DNA of 64,000 nucleotides, from NCBI GenBank assembly GCA_031414955.1, contig JANOQV010000184.1, positions 96,001-160,000 on the forward strand. The letters are read 5' to 3'. Both the position numbers and the translations under genes were made by a program. Of the stretch, positions 45,870-56,405 are shown in pieces. The notes under the pieces are model-generated. The model ran no database searches. It was not told the origin of the DNA and saw only the letters and a list, made by a program, of their open reading frames with translations. Source of the DNA: Pedosphaera sp. Its GTDB lineage: Bacteria; Verrucomicrobiota; Verrucomicrobiia; Limisphaerales; SIBH01. Within the stretch, counting starts at the first letter, position 1; each line of letters opens with the position of its first letter.

Positions 45870-48800
45870 ATGAACACAAAACTCTTCATCACCGTCGGTG
45901 CGGTTTTGCTCTACCTGCCGGTCACGCGCGTTGCGGCCCAGACCACCGCCGCTCCGGCGACGGTGCAGATTGCCGTGCCAGTGACGGCGTTGCGAGCGGT
46001 CACGACTGCCGCGCCGATCGCCGCCGCCAAGAAAGCCACGAACTCCTCCGAGGCCATGCCTCCGGAACTGACCAACGCCATCCACGTCATGAGCTTCGAT
46101 CGCTCCTCAGAGTCGCTCTTCGAGGCGGTGAAGTCGCAGCAATCCGGCGGCAAGCTCTCCGAGTCCGAAAAGTTCCGCCTCGCGCTCCTGCTCGGTGACT
46201 GGAAGTCGATCGGCGTGGCCTTGAAGACCCTGCCCGAGGAAGACGCGAACACGGCCTATGCCCGGCTGCTCGAATCGTTGACCACCAACTCTCAGTCGGC
46301 CTCGCAATTTTTCCAGCAGCAGGCCGCGCGTTCGGCTTCCTCGATCACATACGACGAGAATGGCAACCCGATGGCGGCAGCCGCGCCCGGGCCGAGCACG
46401 CGGCGAGGGCTGTTCCTGAGCGATGACTTTTACGCGGTACTCGATGCGGCTCCGGCCGATCTCACGGCGTCGCACATCCCCAGCGTGACCTCGCTGGTGC
46501 GGACGGCGATCGGCAACGGCGGCAAGCAGGATTTCCTGGTGCGCTTACAGAAGGGACTCAAGGGCATCGGCGGCACCAACGCGCCCGGCAAGAAGCTCGC
46601 CTCGCAACTGCTCTCCAGCGTCGGCTGGATGAGCGACGCCGGGCCGTATCTGCCGCTCGATCGTTCCGAATGGGACAGCGCGGACACGCTCACGCTCGTT
46701 CTGACCATGGAGTTTTTCACCCAGACCGGCGTGGAGAAACGCGACGAACGCCAGCTCAAGAAAGCCGCCGAGATGTGCGCCTTCATGATGCAGACGAGCC
46801 GCTTCGGATCGAGCGACCGCGGCGTCTTCAAGCAGGCCACGGATCGCTTCGTGAAGCTGCTGCCCGCGCTGGAGCCGGCGGATGCCGAGCAGCTCATCCG
46901 GGAAAATTTCCTGACCCAGACGCCGCTGATGATCGATCTGATCCTCGCGCTCGGCGACGCCGGTCATCAGACGCTGAGGAGCAGCGACCTGCGCGCGCGT
47001 GAGCAAAGCCTGGCCACGCAGAACATCTTGATGCGCGTGCTGGAGGGCAAGAAGGCCGCGCTGCCCGAGGCGGTGAACGTGCTGGTGATGAACTGGCTGG
47101 GCGAGGCCGAGCAAACCTATCGCTCTGGTGGGCGCAACCAGGAGCAGAACATGATCGACTCGGACTATTACATCTACCGCTCCGTGGCGACCACTGCGCG
47201 CCCGAAGACTCTCGCCCCGGACGTGATCCTCTCGCGCGCGCCGTCCGCGACGCTCACCAAACGGTTGAACCAGGGGCTGGCGCAGCGCGTGAACCTGACC
47301 ACGCTGAAAGTCACGCTGTTGAACCCCACCGAGATGACGCTCGAGACGCTCAAGAGCTATCTCAAGGAACATCCCGGCCAGGAGAAGGAACTCTGCCAGG
47401 ACTATCTCGCGGCCTGGGTGAAGAAGCGCATGGTGCAGCCGGAAGACCCGAACATCCTGCGCATGAGGCTGCTCGGCTACAACGTGGCCAAGCCGCCGAC
47501 GAGCGGCATTCCGCTCACCCGCCTGCGCCAGAACCAGAACGTGGCCGAGTTCAAAACGATGCTCGCGGCGTTGCGCGCGATGTCGCCGGAGCCGATCGAG
47601 CCGGGCACGGTCATTCAAAGCTTCATGACCATCCACAGCGGCGCGGAGGTTTACCGGCTCGAAGACATCGAGGCCATCTTCGGCCCGCCGGAAAAGATGA
47701 GCCGCGCCGAGCTGATGAATCTCGTCACCGGCATGAGGACCAAGCTGCGCGAGCAATGGCGCGACCAGCAGGCCCAGCAGGATGCCGGCTCGAACCGCAC
47801 CGAGACGGAGACGAAGGATGAAGTTTCACGCGGCTACCGCACCGCGCTCGAACTGGTGAAGCGCGGTCTCAAGCCGGAAGACGCCGAGTGGAAGGAGTTC
47901 ATCGTGCGCGGCCAGCTTTTCTTCGACGCTTCGGAGTATGAGTTTTCCCGCCAGATCAAGCTGGGCGATTACGTGAACCTGCGCGACGAGGCGTTCGGCA
48001 GCTACAAGAAGGCCTCGGAGATTTACGCCGGCAAGGTGCCCGAGATGCCCAAGGGCCAGTGGACGATGGAGCCTTACCAGATGTGGTTCTTCGTCATGCT
48101 GGGCGCGAGCGACCTCTCGCAGCTCACCCGAGCGGCGGCGCGATCCGACCCGGGGCTGAAATTGATTGGCGATGCCATGCGCGCCTTGCCCGGCGAAGCG
48201 GCTGAAGGTCACCTGACCAAGTTCGGCGAGATGCTCGGCAGCGTGCTCGGCCAGGTGCCGGCGAACATGAAGCAGAAATTCCTCGGCGCCGGCTTGCAGG
48301 TGGTCGGCGAGAGTCATCCCAGCGCCAAGGTCGCGAGCGCCGCGCTCGGCAATTACAAGGAGCTGGTCGATGAAGTGCAGTTGCGCCTGGCCGTGGATGG
48401 GCCGACGCGCGTCGGCCACACCCAGCCGTTCGGCGCGTTCGTGAGCATCGAGCACACGCGGCAGCTCGCGCGCGAGAGCGGCGGCTTCGGCAAGTATCTC
48501 CAGAACCTCCAGTCGCAGCAGCGCAACATCATCTACTACGGCAACGCCGGGCAGAAGGCGATCAACTACCGCGACGAGTTCACCAAGAACATCCACGCCG
48601 CGCTGGACGAAACCTTCGAGGTCGCGAGCATCACGTTCCAGGATGCCGGCGTGAAGGAGATCGATCTGCCGCGCGAAGGCTGGCAGGAGACGCCCATGGC
48701 CTACCTCGTGTTGCGCGCCAAGGATGCCGCCGTGGATCGTGTGCCGTCCTTCCAGTTGGACATGGATTTCTCGGACACGGCCGGGCAGGTCGTGCTGCCC

Positions 48801-49583
48801 ATCCGCTCGCAGGTGCAGCCCATCGACGCCAAGGACAACGAGCCGGCGTTGCGTCCGTGCGAGGATCTCGCGCTGAACTTGACCATGGACGAGCGCGAGT
48901 GGCGCAAGGAAGGCAAGGTCGTGGTGGAGATCACCGCCAAGGGCCGGGGCGTGATTCCCTCCCAGCCGCAGATGTTCGACGTGGCGCGCGAAGGCTTCGA
49001 CGTGGAGGTCACGGACAACGGCCTGTCGGTCACGCAGTTCATCAGCGACGGGAAAAAGAAAACCGCGCAGGCGGATCGCGGCTGGCAGATCACTTACAAG
49101 CGGAAGAAGGATTTGCGCGGCGACGTGACGCTGAAGTTTCCCGCCCTCAAGTCCGGCATCACGACGACCAACGTGGAGTACAAGCATTACCAGGACGCTG
49201 ATCTCGTGGCGGTGGACGCGAAGCAGGCGCTGGCCGGCGTGACGCTGCGCAGCGGCGGCAGTTCGGCGGCGCGAACCGTGGCCATTACAGTGGGCCTGGC
49301 CGTGCTGGCCGTGGGCGCGTTTGTGTTCCTGCGCAAACGTCCGCAGCAAACCAAAGCCATCGGCGGTCTTACCGTGCCGGAACAAATCACGCCCTTCTCC
49401 GTGGTCGCGTTCCTGCGCCGCATCCAGCGTGAATACGCCGCCCGGTTGGACGAAGGTTCGCGCGCCGCCCTCGGCACGCAGATTCGGGAGATCGAGTCCG
49501 CCTTCTTCAGCGGCGCGACTCCGGCGGGGAATTCTCCGGACCTTGAAGCTGTGGCGCGCAAGTGGATGCAATCGGTGGGGTGA
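45870..49583 (+). CDS. Large exported protein with C-terminal TM (BatD-like position)
   Basis: 1237 aa; signal peptide; helical N-terminal part, beta-rich C-terminal part, TM near the end. Confidence 0.75.
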   Translation: MNTKLFITVGAVLLYLPVTRVAAQTTAAPATVQIAVPVTALRAVTTAAPIAAAKKATNSSEAMPPELTNAIHVMSFDRSSESLFEAVKSQQSGGKLSESEKFRLALLLGDWKSIGVALKTLPEEDANTAYARLLESLTTNSQSASQFFQQQAARSASSITYDENGNPMAAAAPGPSTRRGLFLSDDFYAVLDAAPADLTASHIPSVTSLVRTAIGNGGKQDFLVRLQKGLKGIGGTNAPGKKLASQLLSSVGWMSDAGPYLPLDRSEWDSADTLTLVLTMEFFTQTGVEKRDERQLKKAAEMCAFMMQTSRFGSSDRGVFKQATDRFVKLLPALEPADAEQLIRENFLTQTPLMIDLILALGDAGHQTLRSSDLRAREQSLATQNILMRVLEGKKAALPEAVNVLVMNWLGEAEQTYRSGGRNQEQNMIDSDYYIYRSVATTARPKTLAPDVILSRAPSATLTKRLNQGLAQRVNLTTLKVTLLNPTEMTLETLKSYLKEHPGQEKELCQDYLAAWVKKRMVQPEDPNILRMRLLGYNVAKPPTSGIPLTRLRQNQNVAEFKTMLAALRAMSPEPIEPGTVIQSFMTIHSGAEVYRLEDIEAIFGPPEKMSRAELMNLVTGMRTKLREQWRDQQAQQDAGSNRTETETKDEVSRGYRTALELVKRGLKPEDAEWKEFIVRGQLFFDASEYEFSRQIKLGDYVNLRDEAFGSYKKASEIYAGKVPEMPKGQWTMEPYQMWFFVMLGASDLSQLTRAAARSDPGLKLIGDAMRALPGEAAEGHLTKFGEMLGSVLGQVPANMKQKFLGAGLQVVGESHPSAKVASAALGNYKELVDEVQLRLAVDGPTRVGHTQPFGAFVSIEHTRQLARESGGFGKYLQNLQSQQRNIIYYGNAGQKAINYRDEFTKNIHAALDETFEVASITFQDAGVKEIDLPREGWQETPMAYLVLRAKDAAVDRVPSFQLDMDFSDTAGQVVLPIRSQVQPIDAKDNEPALRPCEDLALNLTMDEREWRKEGKVVVEITAKGRGVIPSQPQMFDVAREGFDVEVTDNGLSVTQFISDGKKKTAQADRGWQITYKRKKDLRGDVTLKFPALKSGITTTNVEYKHYQDADLVAVDAKQALAGVTLRSGGSSAARTVAITVGLAVLAVGAFVFLRKRPQQTKAIGGLTVPEQITPFSVVAFLRRIQREYAARLDEGSRAALGTQIREIESAFFSGATPAGNSPDLEAVARKWMQSVG

Positions 49584-49590
49584 ATCCGTC

Positions 49591-49699
49591 GGCGCGCGGA
49601 CTTTCCAGTCCGCAGCAACGCGGGGCGACCGGAGACCTCGGCGTGGACGGGCACGGCCTGACTTTTGAGGGTTGCTGCGGGCTGGAAAGCCCGCGCGCC
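49591..49699. repeat. REP-like inverted pair
   Basis: GGCGCGCGGACTTTCCAGTCCGCAGCAAC versus GTTGCTGCGGGCTGGAAAGCCCGCGCGCC. Confidence 0.85.
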
Positions 49700-49751
49700 G
49701 TTGCATGTTGCGCTCGCATCTCACCCTGGTTTCTCCCACTCTCCCTCCACC

Positions 49752-50531
49752 ATGCGGCTCAAGGATAAATCACTCGTCATCATCGGCGGCACGACCGGGC
49801 TGGGACTCTCGGCGGCCCGGGCCTTCGTCGCGGAGGGCGCACGCGTCGTGGTGATTGGGCGAAACCCGGCCACCGTCGAGGCCGCGGGAAAGGAACTCGG
49901 ATCCCAATCGCTCGCCTTGCAGGGCGACGCCAGCGACCCCCAATGCGCGCCCGTGGCGATTCAGAAGGCGCTGGCCGAGTTCGGCGCTTTTCACGGCCTC
50001 TACCATGTCGCCGGTGGCAGCGGGCGAAAGTTCGGCGACGGACCTTTGCACGAAATCTCCGATGAGGGTTGGAGCCACACCCTGAACGAAAACCTCACCT
50101 CCCTCTTCAACTCCAACCGCGCGGCGGTGCAGCAATTCCTCAAGCAGGGCACGGGCGGCACGGTTTTGAACATGGGTTCAGTGCTGGGTTTCTCGCCCTC
50201 GCCGAAGTTCTTCGCCACCCACGCCTACGCCACGGCCAAGGCCGCCATCATCGGGTTGACCACGGCGGCGGCGGCGCACTACGCCCCGCAGAACATCCGC
50301 TTCAATGTCCTCGCCCCGGCCCTTGTGGCCACGCCGATGTCCCAGCTCGCGCAGGGCGACGAGGCCATCATGCAATTCATCCGCGCCAAGCAACCGCTTG
50401 ACGGCGGGCGCATCGGACAGCCGGAGGACCTCGACTCGGCGGCGGTGTTCTTCATGAGCGATGAATCCAAGTTCGCCACCGGCCAGGTGCTGGCCATCGA
50501 CGGCGGCTGGTCGGTGAGCGAGGGACATTGA
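49752..50531 (+). CDS. SDR-family oxidoreductase
   Basis: 'IGGTTGLG', 'YATAK', 'TGQVLAIDGG'. Confidence 0.92.
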   Translation: MRLKDKSLVIIGGTTGLGLSAARAFVAEGARVVVIGRNPATVEAAGKELGSQSLALQGDASDPQCAPVAIQKALAEFGAFHGLYHVAGGSGRKFGDGPLHEISDEGWSHTLNENLTSLFNSNRAAVQQFLKQGTGGTVLNMGSVLGFSPSPKFFATHAYATAKAAIIGLTTAAAAHYAPQNIRFNVLAPALVATPMSQLAQGDEAIMQFIRAKQPLDGGRIGQPEDLDSAAVFFMSDESKFATGQVLAIDGGWSVSEGH

Positions 50532-50927
50532 CCGGGTCGCGCCGGTGGAACGGCGGAACGACGGAGGAAAGGGAAGGACACGAGGCGGGTTCCGAACGTC
50601 GCTTCCGTTTCCGCGTGGATCACCGGCCTCGCCCGGGTAGCGGTACCTCCTGTTTTTCCAATGTTCGTCTCACTTGTCCGAGGGGCGCGGTGGCGGCGGC
50701 CTGGGTGCGCAGGGTTGCGAGGAGTTGGAGGAATCGCGCCGGGCTGGCGACTTGCGTGGCACCGACAACCAGCGTGGGGCGGCTACCAGCCCGAAAGAAT
50801 GGGAGGGTCCTCAAAACATTCCACGCGCGTTGAATCTTCCGTTGTCGTTCCTGTTGCGTCCGGTTGGTAGCCGGACGGGACCGGGCTGGTCGTCCCTGCT
50901 ATCCGTCCCTCTTTGCGTTCTCGACCG

Positions 50928-51485
50928 TCAATCCTTCCGCAGTTCCTCGAGCAGCCACGCCCGGGCGTAGGCCCAGGTGCGCTTGGCGGTGCGCTCGGAA
51001 AGGCCGAGCATCTGGGCGGCTTCCACATTCGGCAGGCCGGCGAAGAAGCGAAGCTTGATCAAGTCGGCGCTGACCTTGTCGCGGGCGGCGAGTTTGTCGA
51101 GCGCCTCGCTGACGGCGAGCACGGTGGCGTCGTCGCTGGTGGCGGCCAGGTCGAGGTCGGTCCAATCGACGCGCAGCAATTCTCCGCCGTGCTTCACCGC
51201 CTTCTTGCGCCGGGCGTTGTCCACGAGGATACGGCGCATGGCTTCCGCCGCCGCGCCGAAGAAGTGGGCGCGGTTCTCGAAGCGCGCCTCACCGTGGTCA
51301 TCCACGAGGCGAAGCCAGGCTTCATGCACAAGCGCGGTGGCTTGCAACGTCTGGCCAGGTTGCTCGTGCGCCATCTTCGCGGCGGCGATACGGCGGAGTT
51401 CGTCATAGACCAGCGGCAACAATTCAGCGGCAGCCACGCTGTTTCCCTGGGCAGCGGCGGTGAGGAGAAGGGTAACGTGGGTCAT
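50928..51485 (-). CDS. ECF sigma factor (TIGR02999-like type, usually kinase-associated)
   Basis: 'LLPLVYDELRRIA', 'TLQATALVHEAWLRL', 'AMRRILVD', 'WAYARAWL'. Confidence 0.9.
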   Translation of the reverse strand: MTHVTLLLTAAAQGNSVAAAELLPLVYDELRRIAAAKMAHEQPGQTLQATALVHEAWLRLVDDHGEARFENRAHFFGAAAEAMRRILVDNARRKKAVKHGGELLRVDWTDLDLAATSDDATVLAVSEALDKLAARDKVSADLIKLRFFAGLPNVEAAQMLGLSERTAKRTWAYARAWLLEELRKD

Positions 51486-51530
51486 GGGGCGGAAGTGGCG
51501 GGACGAAAGAGGCAAAGGGGAGGGCAAAGC

Positions 51531-51599
51531 GGAGCGCCGAGCCTCGTTCGGCTGGGGCGGAGTTCATCGGGTCTCCGGCCGGGCGATATTCGGCGCTCC
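51531..51599. repeat. REP-like inverted pair of the same family as 41857-41925
   Basis: GGAGCGCCGAGCCTCGTTCGGC versus GCCGGGCGATATTCGGCGCTCC. Confidence 0.78.
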
Positions 51600-51635
51600 A
51601 AACTCTGCTCCCATTCAGCTCCGCTTGCTGGGACG

Positions 51636-54215
51636 TCAAGGTTTGGGAGTTTCCTTGAACGTGGCGTCATGGGGCTTGGATTTCACCGCTACTGGCTCGC
51701 GGGTTTTGGCGAAGGGCACCTTGGTCAACTGGTGCTGCACGGCCAGTTCATCGAGGAAGGCCACGAGGAGTCGTTGCAGGATGCGCTTCTCGCTCTCGAA
51801 GTAGAGGCCGAGCAGGGGCAGGGTGAGCAGGAGCATCCAAAGCCACGGCAGCGTCGAGACCATCACGCCGATGAGCAGGAGTTCGAGTCCGCAGGCCGAC
51901 CAGAAGAGCAGCTTGGCCGGCAAGGACCAGCCCGCGGCCAGCCGGCAGTGAAAGAGCTGGTGTCCTTTTTCGACGGCCTCGGCCACGGTGGCGATTTGCA
52001 GCCGGCTCCAGCGCGTGCCCTGGATTTCGACGTCGAATTCGTCCCAGCCCGTGTCGGGTTTGTGCTGCCACTTCTCTTCCTCCAGTTTCGCGATGAGGGC
52101 ATACACCCAGGTGAGGCGATCCATGCCGGTGTGGCACCAGTACTGGACTTCGTCGAGGGGTTCGCCGCGATCCATCTCGGTGAAAGTGTTGATGCGGCGG
52201 AAGGCGTGGCCGGGCGTGGTGTTGATGCGGAGCCGGCCTTCGTAGCGCGCCCAGCCGCGCGCGATGGGCTGGAGAAAGCAGAGCAGGGCCACGAGCGGCC
52301 GGGACCAGAGTCGTTGCTGGTTCCGGTCGAGCTGGACCTGGGAAGCGGCGGCGACGCACACACCTGTTGACACGCCGAACATGGTCGCGGCCAGCGGCCA
52401 CAGGAAGGTGAACGGCACCGAGAGCACCAAGAGCGGAAGCGTGATCAGGACGTGAAATTCCAGGGATGTCGCCAGCATCAGTCCGAAGGCGGGCGGCGGC
52501 GAGTAGAGTGTCTGGAAAAGCGCGCCGCCGAATGGCCCGTGGTAAATGACCGAGCGCCGCACCACCACGCCCATGTTGGAGGGGCTGTAGATGCGGCCGC
52601 GCCAGATGCTCGCGCCGGAGGAGTTGAAATACTCCGGATGCTTGGTCAGGAGCAGCGCCTCGGCCTCGCCGTAGCCAGCCTGCTGTTTCAAATACGCTTT
52701 CACCGTCGAGCGCCGGTAATGCCAGACGAAGCCCGCCGGGCTGAACCCGATGCGATGGCCGCATTGCTGGAGCCGCCAGCACACGTCCACGTCATCGCCG
52801 GCCTTGCGGTAGATGGGATCGAAGCCGGCGATTTCGTCCAGAGCCCATTTGTAGAAGGCCATGTTGCAACCAGGGATGTGCTCGGCCTCGCGGTCGTTCA
52901 ACATCACATGGGCCGGGCCGCCCGGCGAAACCATCACCGCCGCCGCCACGAGCGAATCTTCCGGCGGCAGGAAATTATGGCCGCCGATGCCGGCGAAGTC
53001 GCTGCTCAACAAATCGCCGATGAGGTAGTGCAGCCAGTCCTCATCGGCGCGGCAGTCTGAGTCGGTGAAAGCCACCACTTCACCCAGCGCGGCCTTGATG
53101 CCGGTGTTGCGCGCGACGGAAAGACCTTTGTTCTCCTGAAAAATGTACCGGACGCGCGGATGATCGGACGCGATGCGGCAGGAGGAATCCGTCGAGCCGT
53201 CATCCACGAGGATGACCTCGTAGTCGGGATAATTGAGCCGCTCCAGCGACGCGAGGCAGATCTCCAGCGTGCGCGCGCCATTGTAGCTCGCGACCACGAC
53301 CGAGACTTTTGGATAGGACGGCAGCGGAAAGTGTGGTGCCCTGCGGAAGGCGTTCTGCACGACGATGAAGGAATCCTTCGGCGACCGGTCACGCGCGGTC
53401 AGCCCCATCGTCCAGTCTTCGACCTGCGACCCATTGCGGAACCAGTCGTCGGTGAAGCTGAAGATGATCAGCCCGGCCAGGCCGCGCCGGAATCCCACCT
53501 CGATTTGCCAGGCGAGAATCTCGCACTTGTGCGCCTCGCCTTCCCGGCCCGAATCGATGCCGGTCTCGCCGATGATGAGCGGCTTGGTGTCCGCAATCAT
53601 CTGGAGGCGGGCCAGGTAGTTTTCGTAGGCGCGGCGCTGGTGCAGATAAATGTTGAAGCAGTGGAAATCGACGTTCTGCGGGCGGAGAAATTCCGTGGGC
53701 GGAAAGTTGCCGAAGGTGCAGAGGCAGTCCGGATCGATCCCCTTCGCCTCGTGGATCAGCTCTTCGATGAACTCGGCCACGCGCCGGGCCCCGCTCCAGC
53801 GCACGATGTCGCTGGCGATTTCATTGACCACGCTGAGGGCGAACACCGCCGGGTGGCGGGCGCAGAGCGCGGCGGCGTGGCGCACGGCGGTTCGGGCCTC
53901 CTCCCGCAAATTCTCCGAGTCGAGAAAGCAGCGGTCCTTCCGCCAGGGCACGTCCACCAGCACCTTCAGCCCGTGTTCCTGCGCGAGGTCGAGAAACCAG
54001 GCTGGCGGGACGTAGTAAATCCGCACCAGGTTGGCCCCCAACTCGCGGATCTGGGCCAGGTCCAGCTTGGTCTGGTCGTGCGAGGCGAAGTGTTCGCCGG
54101 CGGAATTTGGGGCAAACGGGCCATAAGTCACGCCCTTGGGCAGAAACTTATTCTCCCCCAGGCGAAAAAACTTTCCGTCCACGCGGACGCGCGCAGGAGT
54201 GGTGCTGGTGGTCAT
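51636..54215 (-). CDS. GT2 glycosyltransferase fused to an N-terminal GH-A (GH2-like) TIM barrel
   Basis: 'GANLVRIY', 'VVNE', 'IIGETG'; then 'VSVVVASYN', 'VDDGSTD', 'FTDSD', 'GDDVD'. Confidence 0.88.
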   Translation of the reverse strand: MTTSTTPARVRVDGKFFRLGENKFLPKGVTYGPFAPNSAGEHFASHDQTKLDLAQIRELGANLVRIYYVPPAWFLDLAQEHGLKVLVDVPWRKDRCFLDSENLREEARTAVRHAAALCARHPAVFALSVVNEIASDIVRWSGARRVAEFIEELIHEAKGIDPDCLCTFGNFPPTEFLRPQNVDFHCFNIYLHQRRAYENYLARLQMIADTKPLIIGETGIDSGREGEAHKCEILAWQIEVGFRRGLAGLIIFSFTDDWFRNGSQVEDWTMGLTARDRSPKDSFIVVQNAFRRAPHFPLPSYPKVSVVVASYNGARTLEICLASLERLNYPDYEVILVDDGSTDSSCRIASDHPRVRYIFQENKGLSVARNTGIKAALGEVVAFTDSDCRADEDWLHYLIGDLLSSDFAGIGGHNFLPPEDSLVAAAVMVSPGGPAHVMLNDREAEHIPGCNMAFYKWALDEIAGFDPIYRKAGDDVDVCWRLQQCGHRIGFSPAGFVWHYRRSTVKAYLKQQAGYGEAEALLLTKHPEYFNSSGASIWRGRIYSPSNMGVVVRRSVIYHGPFGGALFQTLYSPPPAFGLMLATSLEFHVLITLPLLVLSVPFTFLWPLAATMFGVSTGVCVAAASQVQLDRNQQRLWSRPLVALLCFLQPIARGWARYEGRLRINTTPGHAFRRINTFTEMDRGEPLDEVQYWCHTGMDRLTWVYALIAKLEEEKWQHKPDTGWDEFDVEIQGTRWSRLQIATVAEAVEKGHQLFHCRLAAGWSLPAKLLFWSACGLELLLIGVMVSTLPWLWMLLLTLPLLGLYFESEKRILQRLLVAFLDELAVQHQLTKVPFAKTREPVAVKSKPHDATFKETPKP

Positions 54216-54311
54216 CAACCTAATGGATCGCGAGACGCGAGTCGTTCATCACGCGGCTGATACCAAAGGAGCAAGTAGTTGGCAAGAGAGCCGCAGGTGG
54301 CCCGGACAGGC

Positions 54312-56021
54312 TCACTTGCCCTGGAGTCGTGTGGCCTCGGCGAAAGCCGTCCGGGCCGCGTCGTCCTGGCCGAGTTTGGCCAGGGTGAGCCCGAGGTTGT
54401 GGTGGGCGGTGGCGTTGCTGGCGTTCAATTGAATGGCCCCGCGGAAATGTTCCACCGCGCTCTCGAACTGCCCGAGTCCCCCCAACGTCACCGCATAGTT
54501 CTCGCGGATCGCGGCCAGCTTGGGATTCAGCCGCAGAGCTTCGCGATAGTGCGGCAGGGACTCAGTCAACATCCGATGCTCCGACAGCACATCGGCCAGG
54601 GCAGCATGGGCATCGGCGGAAGCTGGATCGGCTTGCAAGGCGGCGCGGAAGCACTCCGCCGCCCGTTCATCCTGGCCACGCTTGCGGTACTCGAATCCGA
54701 GCAGGACATCCTGCGGGGCGCGCAGCGGATGCGCCTTCAGGGTTGTCGTCACATGGGTCAACAAGGTCTGGCGATTTCGCCAATGCGAGGCCTGCTGGAA
54801 ACTCAGGACGCCACAGATCGCCAGGACCGCGCCGCACAGGGCAAGGCTCGCCCTCCGTTCCCGGCGCGGCCAGATGCGCACCAGCAACGCCGCCACCACC
54901 AGCGACCACAGCACACCCGGGATGTAGCTGTAGCGATCGTTGGGATGATGTGGGTGCTGGCTCAAGCCCAGCATGGGCACGAGCAGGATGAGGTAGGCCG
55001 CCCAAATGGCGGCGGCTCCGGACCAGTGCTGCCGCCGCACGAACAATGCGGCGCTCAACAAAATGATGGTCAGGGCGCTCAGGAGAAAAGGCCAGCTCCA
55101 CGGATCAAAGGTCATCAAGTCGGTGTACATCGGGGCGAGATGGAAAGGCCACCAGGTCTTCCACAGATACGCGGCCCACACGAAAAACGCCTGCATGGCC
55201 CTGGGAACAAGGCCGAACTCATCCAGCGACACCAGGGGAACAAAGGTTCTGGAGTGTGTTTTTGCCCACATGGTTGCCGCGACGATGAGGAATGCGGAAA
55301 GAACGAAGGGCACTTTTTCCCACCAGACCCGCCGCGCGTCCACGCCCCACAAGCCGGCCTTGCTGAACTCCAGTCGCCGCAGCGGATAAAAATCCAACAA
55401 GACAAAAACGACGACCAATCCCAGCGCGATGGGATAGGTGAACAGGGAGGCGAGAAAACAGCCGGCCGACAGCCCCAACCAGAGCTTTCGTCCCGGCCCG
55501 GCGGCATGACGCAAGTAGCACCAGGCCGCGCTGAAGGCCAGGCACGAGGCGACGCAGTAGATGCGGGCCGAGGCCCACGCGACCGGTTCGGCGCGCAACG
55601 GATGGATCGCCCAGAACAGCGTGCCCACGGTCGCCGCGACCAGCCAGGCGCGGGAATCCAGCGGGCGGTGGCGGGCGGTGGCATCCAATTGCAGGAGCCG
55701 TTTCAACAAGGCAAAGACCAGCAGGGCATTCAGACAGTGGAGCAACAAGTTCCCGACGTGGTAGGTGGTCGGATTGAATTCCCCGGCCAGGGCATAATCC
55801 ACGGCCAGCGAAAGCCAGCCCAGCGGCATGTAGCGCGGGATGTAGCTCGTGTCGGTGAACATCCAGCGCAGGGACTCGGCCGTGAGACCGCGGATGTGCG
55901 GGTTCTCGTAGATGTTCATGCCATCGTCCCAATGCACGAAGTCCGCCTGGCGCACCGTCGAAAAGACCGTGAGCGTGAGGGTGAGGATCAGGGCAATTAA
56001 ATATCGATTGAGCCGGCGCAC
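54312..56021 (-). CDS. TMTC-like membrane glycosyltransferase (GT-C) with C-terminal TPRs
   Basis: 'FVHWDD', 'HVGNLLLH', 'HPLRAEPVAW', 'DRYSY', TPR 'AHHNLG'; GGAGG upstream of GTG 56021. Confidence 0.82.
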   Translation of the reverse strand: MRRLNRYLIALILTLTLTVFSTVRQADFVHWDDGMNIYENPHIRGLTAESLRWMFTDTSYIPRYMPLGWLSLAVDYALAGEFNPTTYHVGNLLLHCLNALLVFALLKRLLQLDATARHRPLDSRAWLVAATVGTLFWAIHPLRAEPVAWASARIYCVASCLAFSAAWCYLRHAAGPGRKLWLGLSAGCFLASLFTYPIALGLVVVFVLLDFYPLRRLEFSKAGLWGVDARRVWWEKVPFVLSAFLIVAATMWAKTHSRTFVPLVSLDEFGLVPRAMQAFFVWAAYLWKTWWPFHLAPMYTDLMTFDPWSWPFLLSALTIILLSAALFVRRQHWSGAAAIWAAYLILLVPMLGLSQHPHHPNDRYSYIPGVLWSLVVAALLVRIWPRRERRASLALCGAVLAICGVLSFQQASHWRNRQTLLTHVTTTLKAHPLRAPQDVLLGFEYRKRGQDERAAECFRAALQADPASADAHAALADVLSEHRMLTESLPHYREALRLNPKLAAIRENYAVTLGGLGQFESAVEHFRGAIQLNASNATAHHNLGLTLAKLGQDDAARTAFAEATRLQGK

Positions 56022-56039
56022 CGCCGCATCCTCCGCCGC

Positions 56040-56405
56040 GTGCTGGCCCGAGCCATCAAGTTTAGCGCCGTGGGTTTGGGGGTTTGCGCCCTCGATTTCG
56101 CGGTCCTCGCGCTCTTGCAGCACGCCGTGCCGCGCCTCGTGGCTGTCTCGCTCGCCTACTTCCTCGCCGTGAGTGCTCATTTCTGTTTGAACAAATGGTG
56201 GGTGTTTGCCGCGCAGACAAATGTGCGCGCCACGGAACTGGGCCGGTACGTGCTGGTCGTGATGCTCTGCTGGCTCTGCACCGTGGCGGTGGTCGGGCTG
56301 GCGCTGGCGCTCGTGACCGGTTCGGTTTTTGTGGCCAAGCTGCTGGCCATTCCTCCCACGACGATTTTGGGGTTTGTCCTCATGCGACGGTTTGTTTTTC
56401 GGTGA
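56040..56405 (+). CDS. GtrA-family flippase-like protein
   Basis: 121 aa with 4 TMs; 'IKFSAVG', 'FCLNKWWVF', 'RRFVF'. Confidence 0.8.
   Translation: MLARAIKFSAVGLGVCALDFAVLALLQHAVPRLVAVSLAYFLAVSAHFCLNKWWVFAAQTNVRATELGRYVLVVMLCWLCTVAVVGLALALVTGSVFVAKLLAIPPTTILGFVLMRRFVFR

Noticed and set aside
50532..50927. Small ORFs between the SDR and ECF sigma genes
   Set aside because: No recognisable motif or clear RBS; cannot be supported
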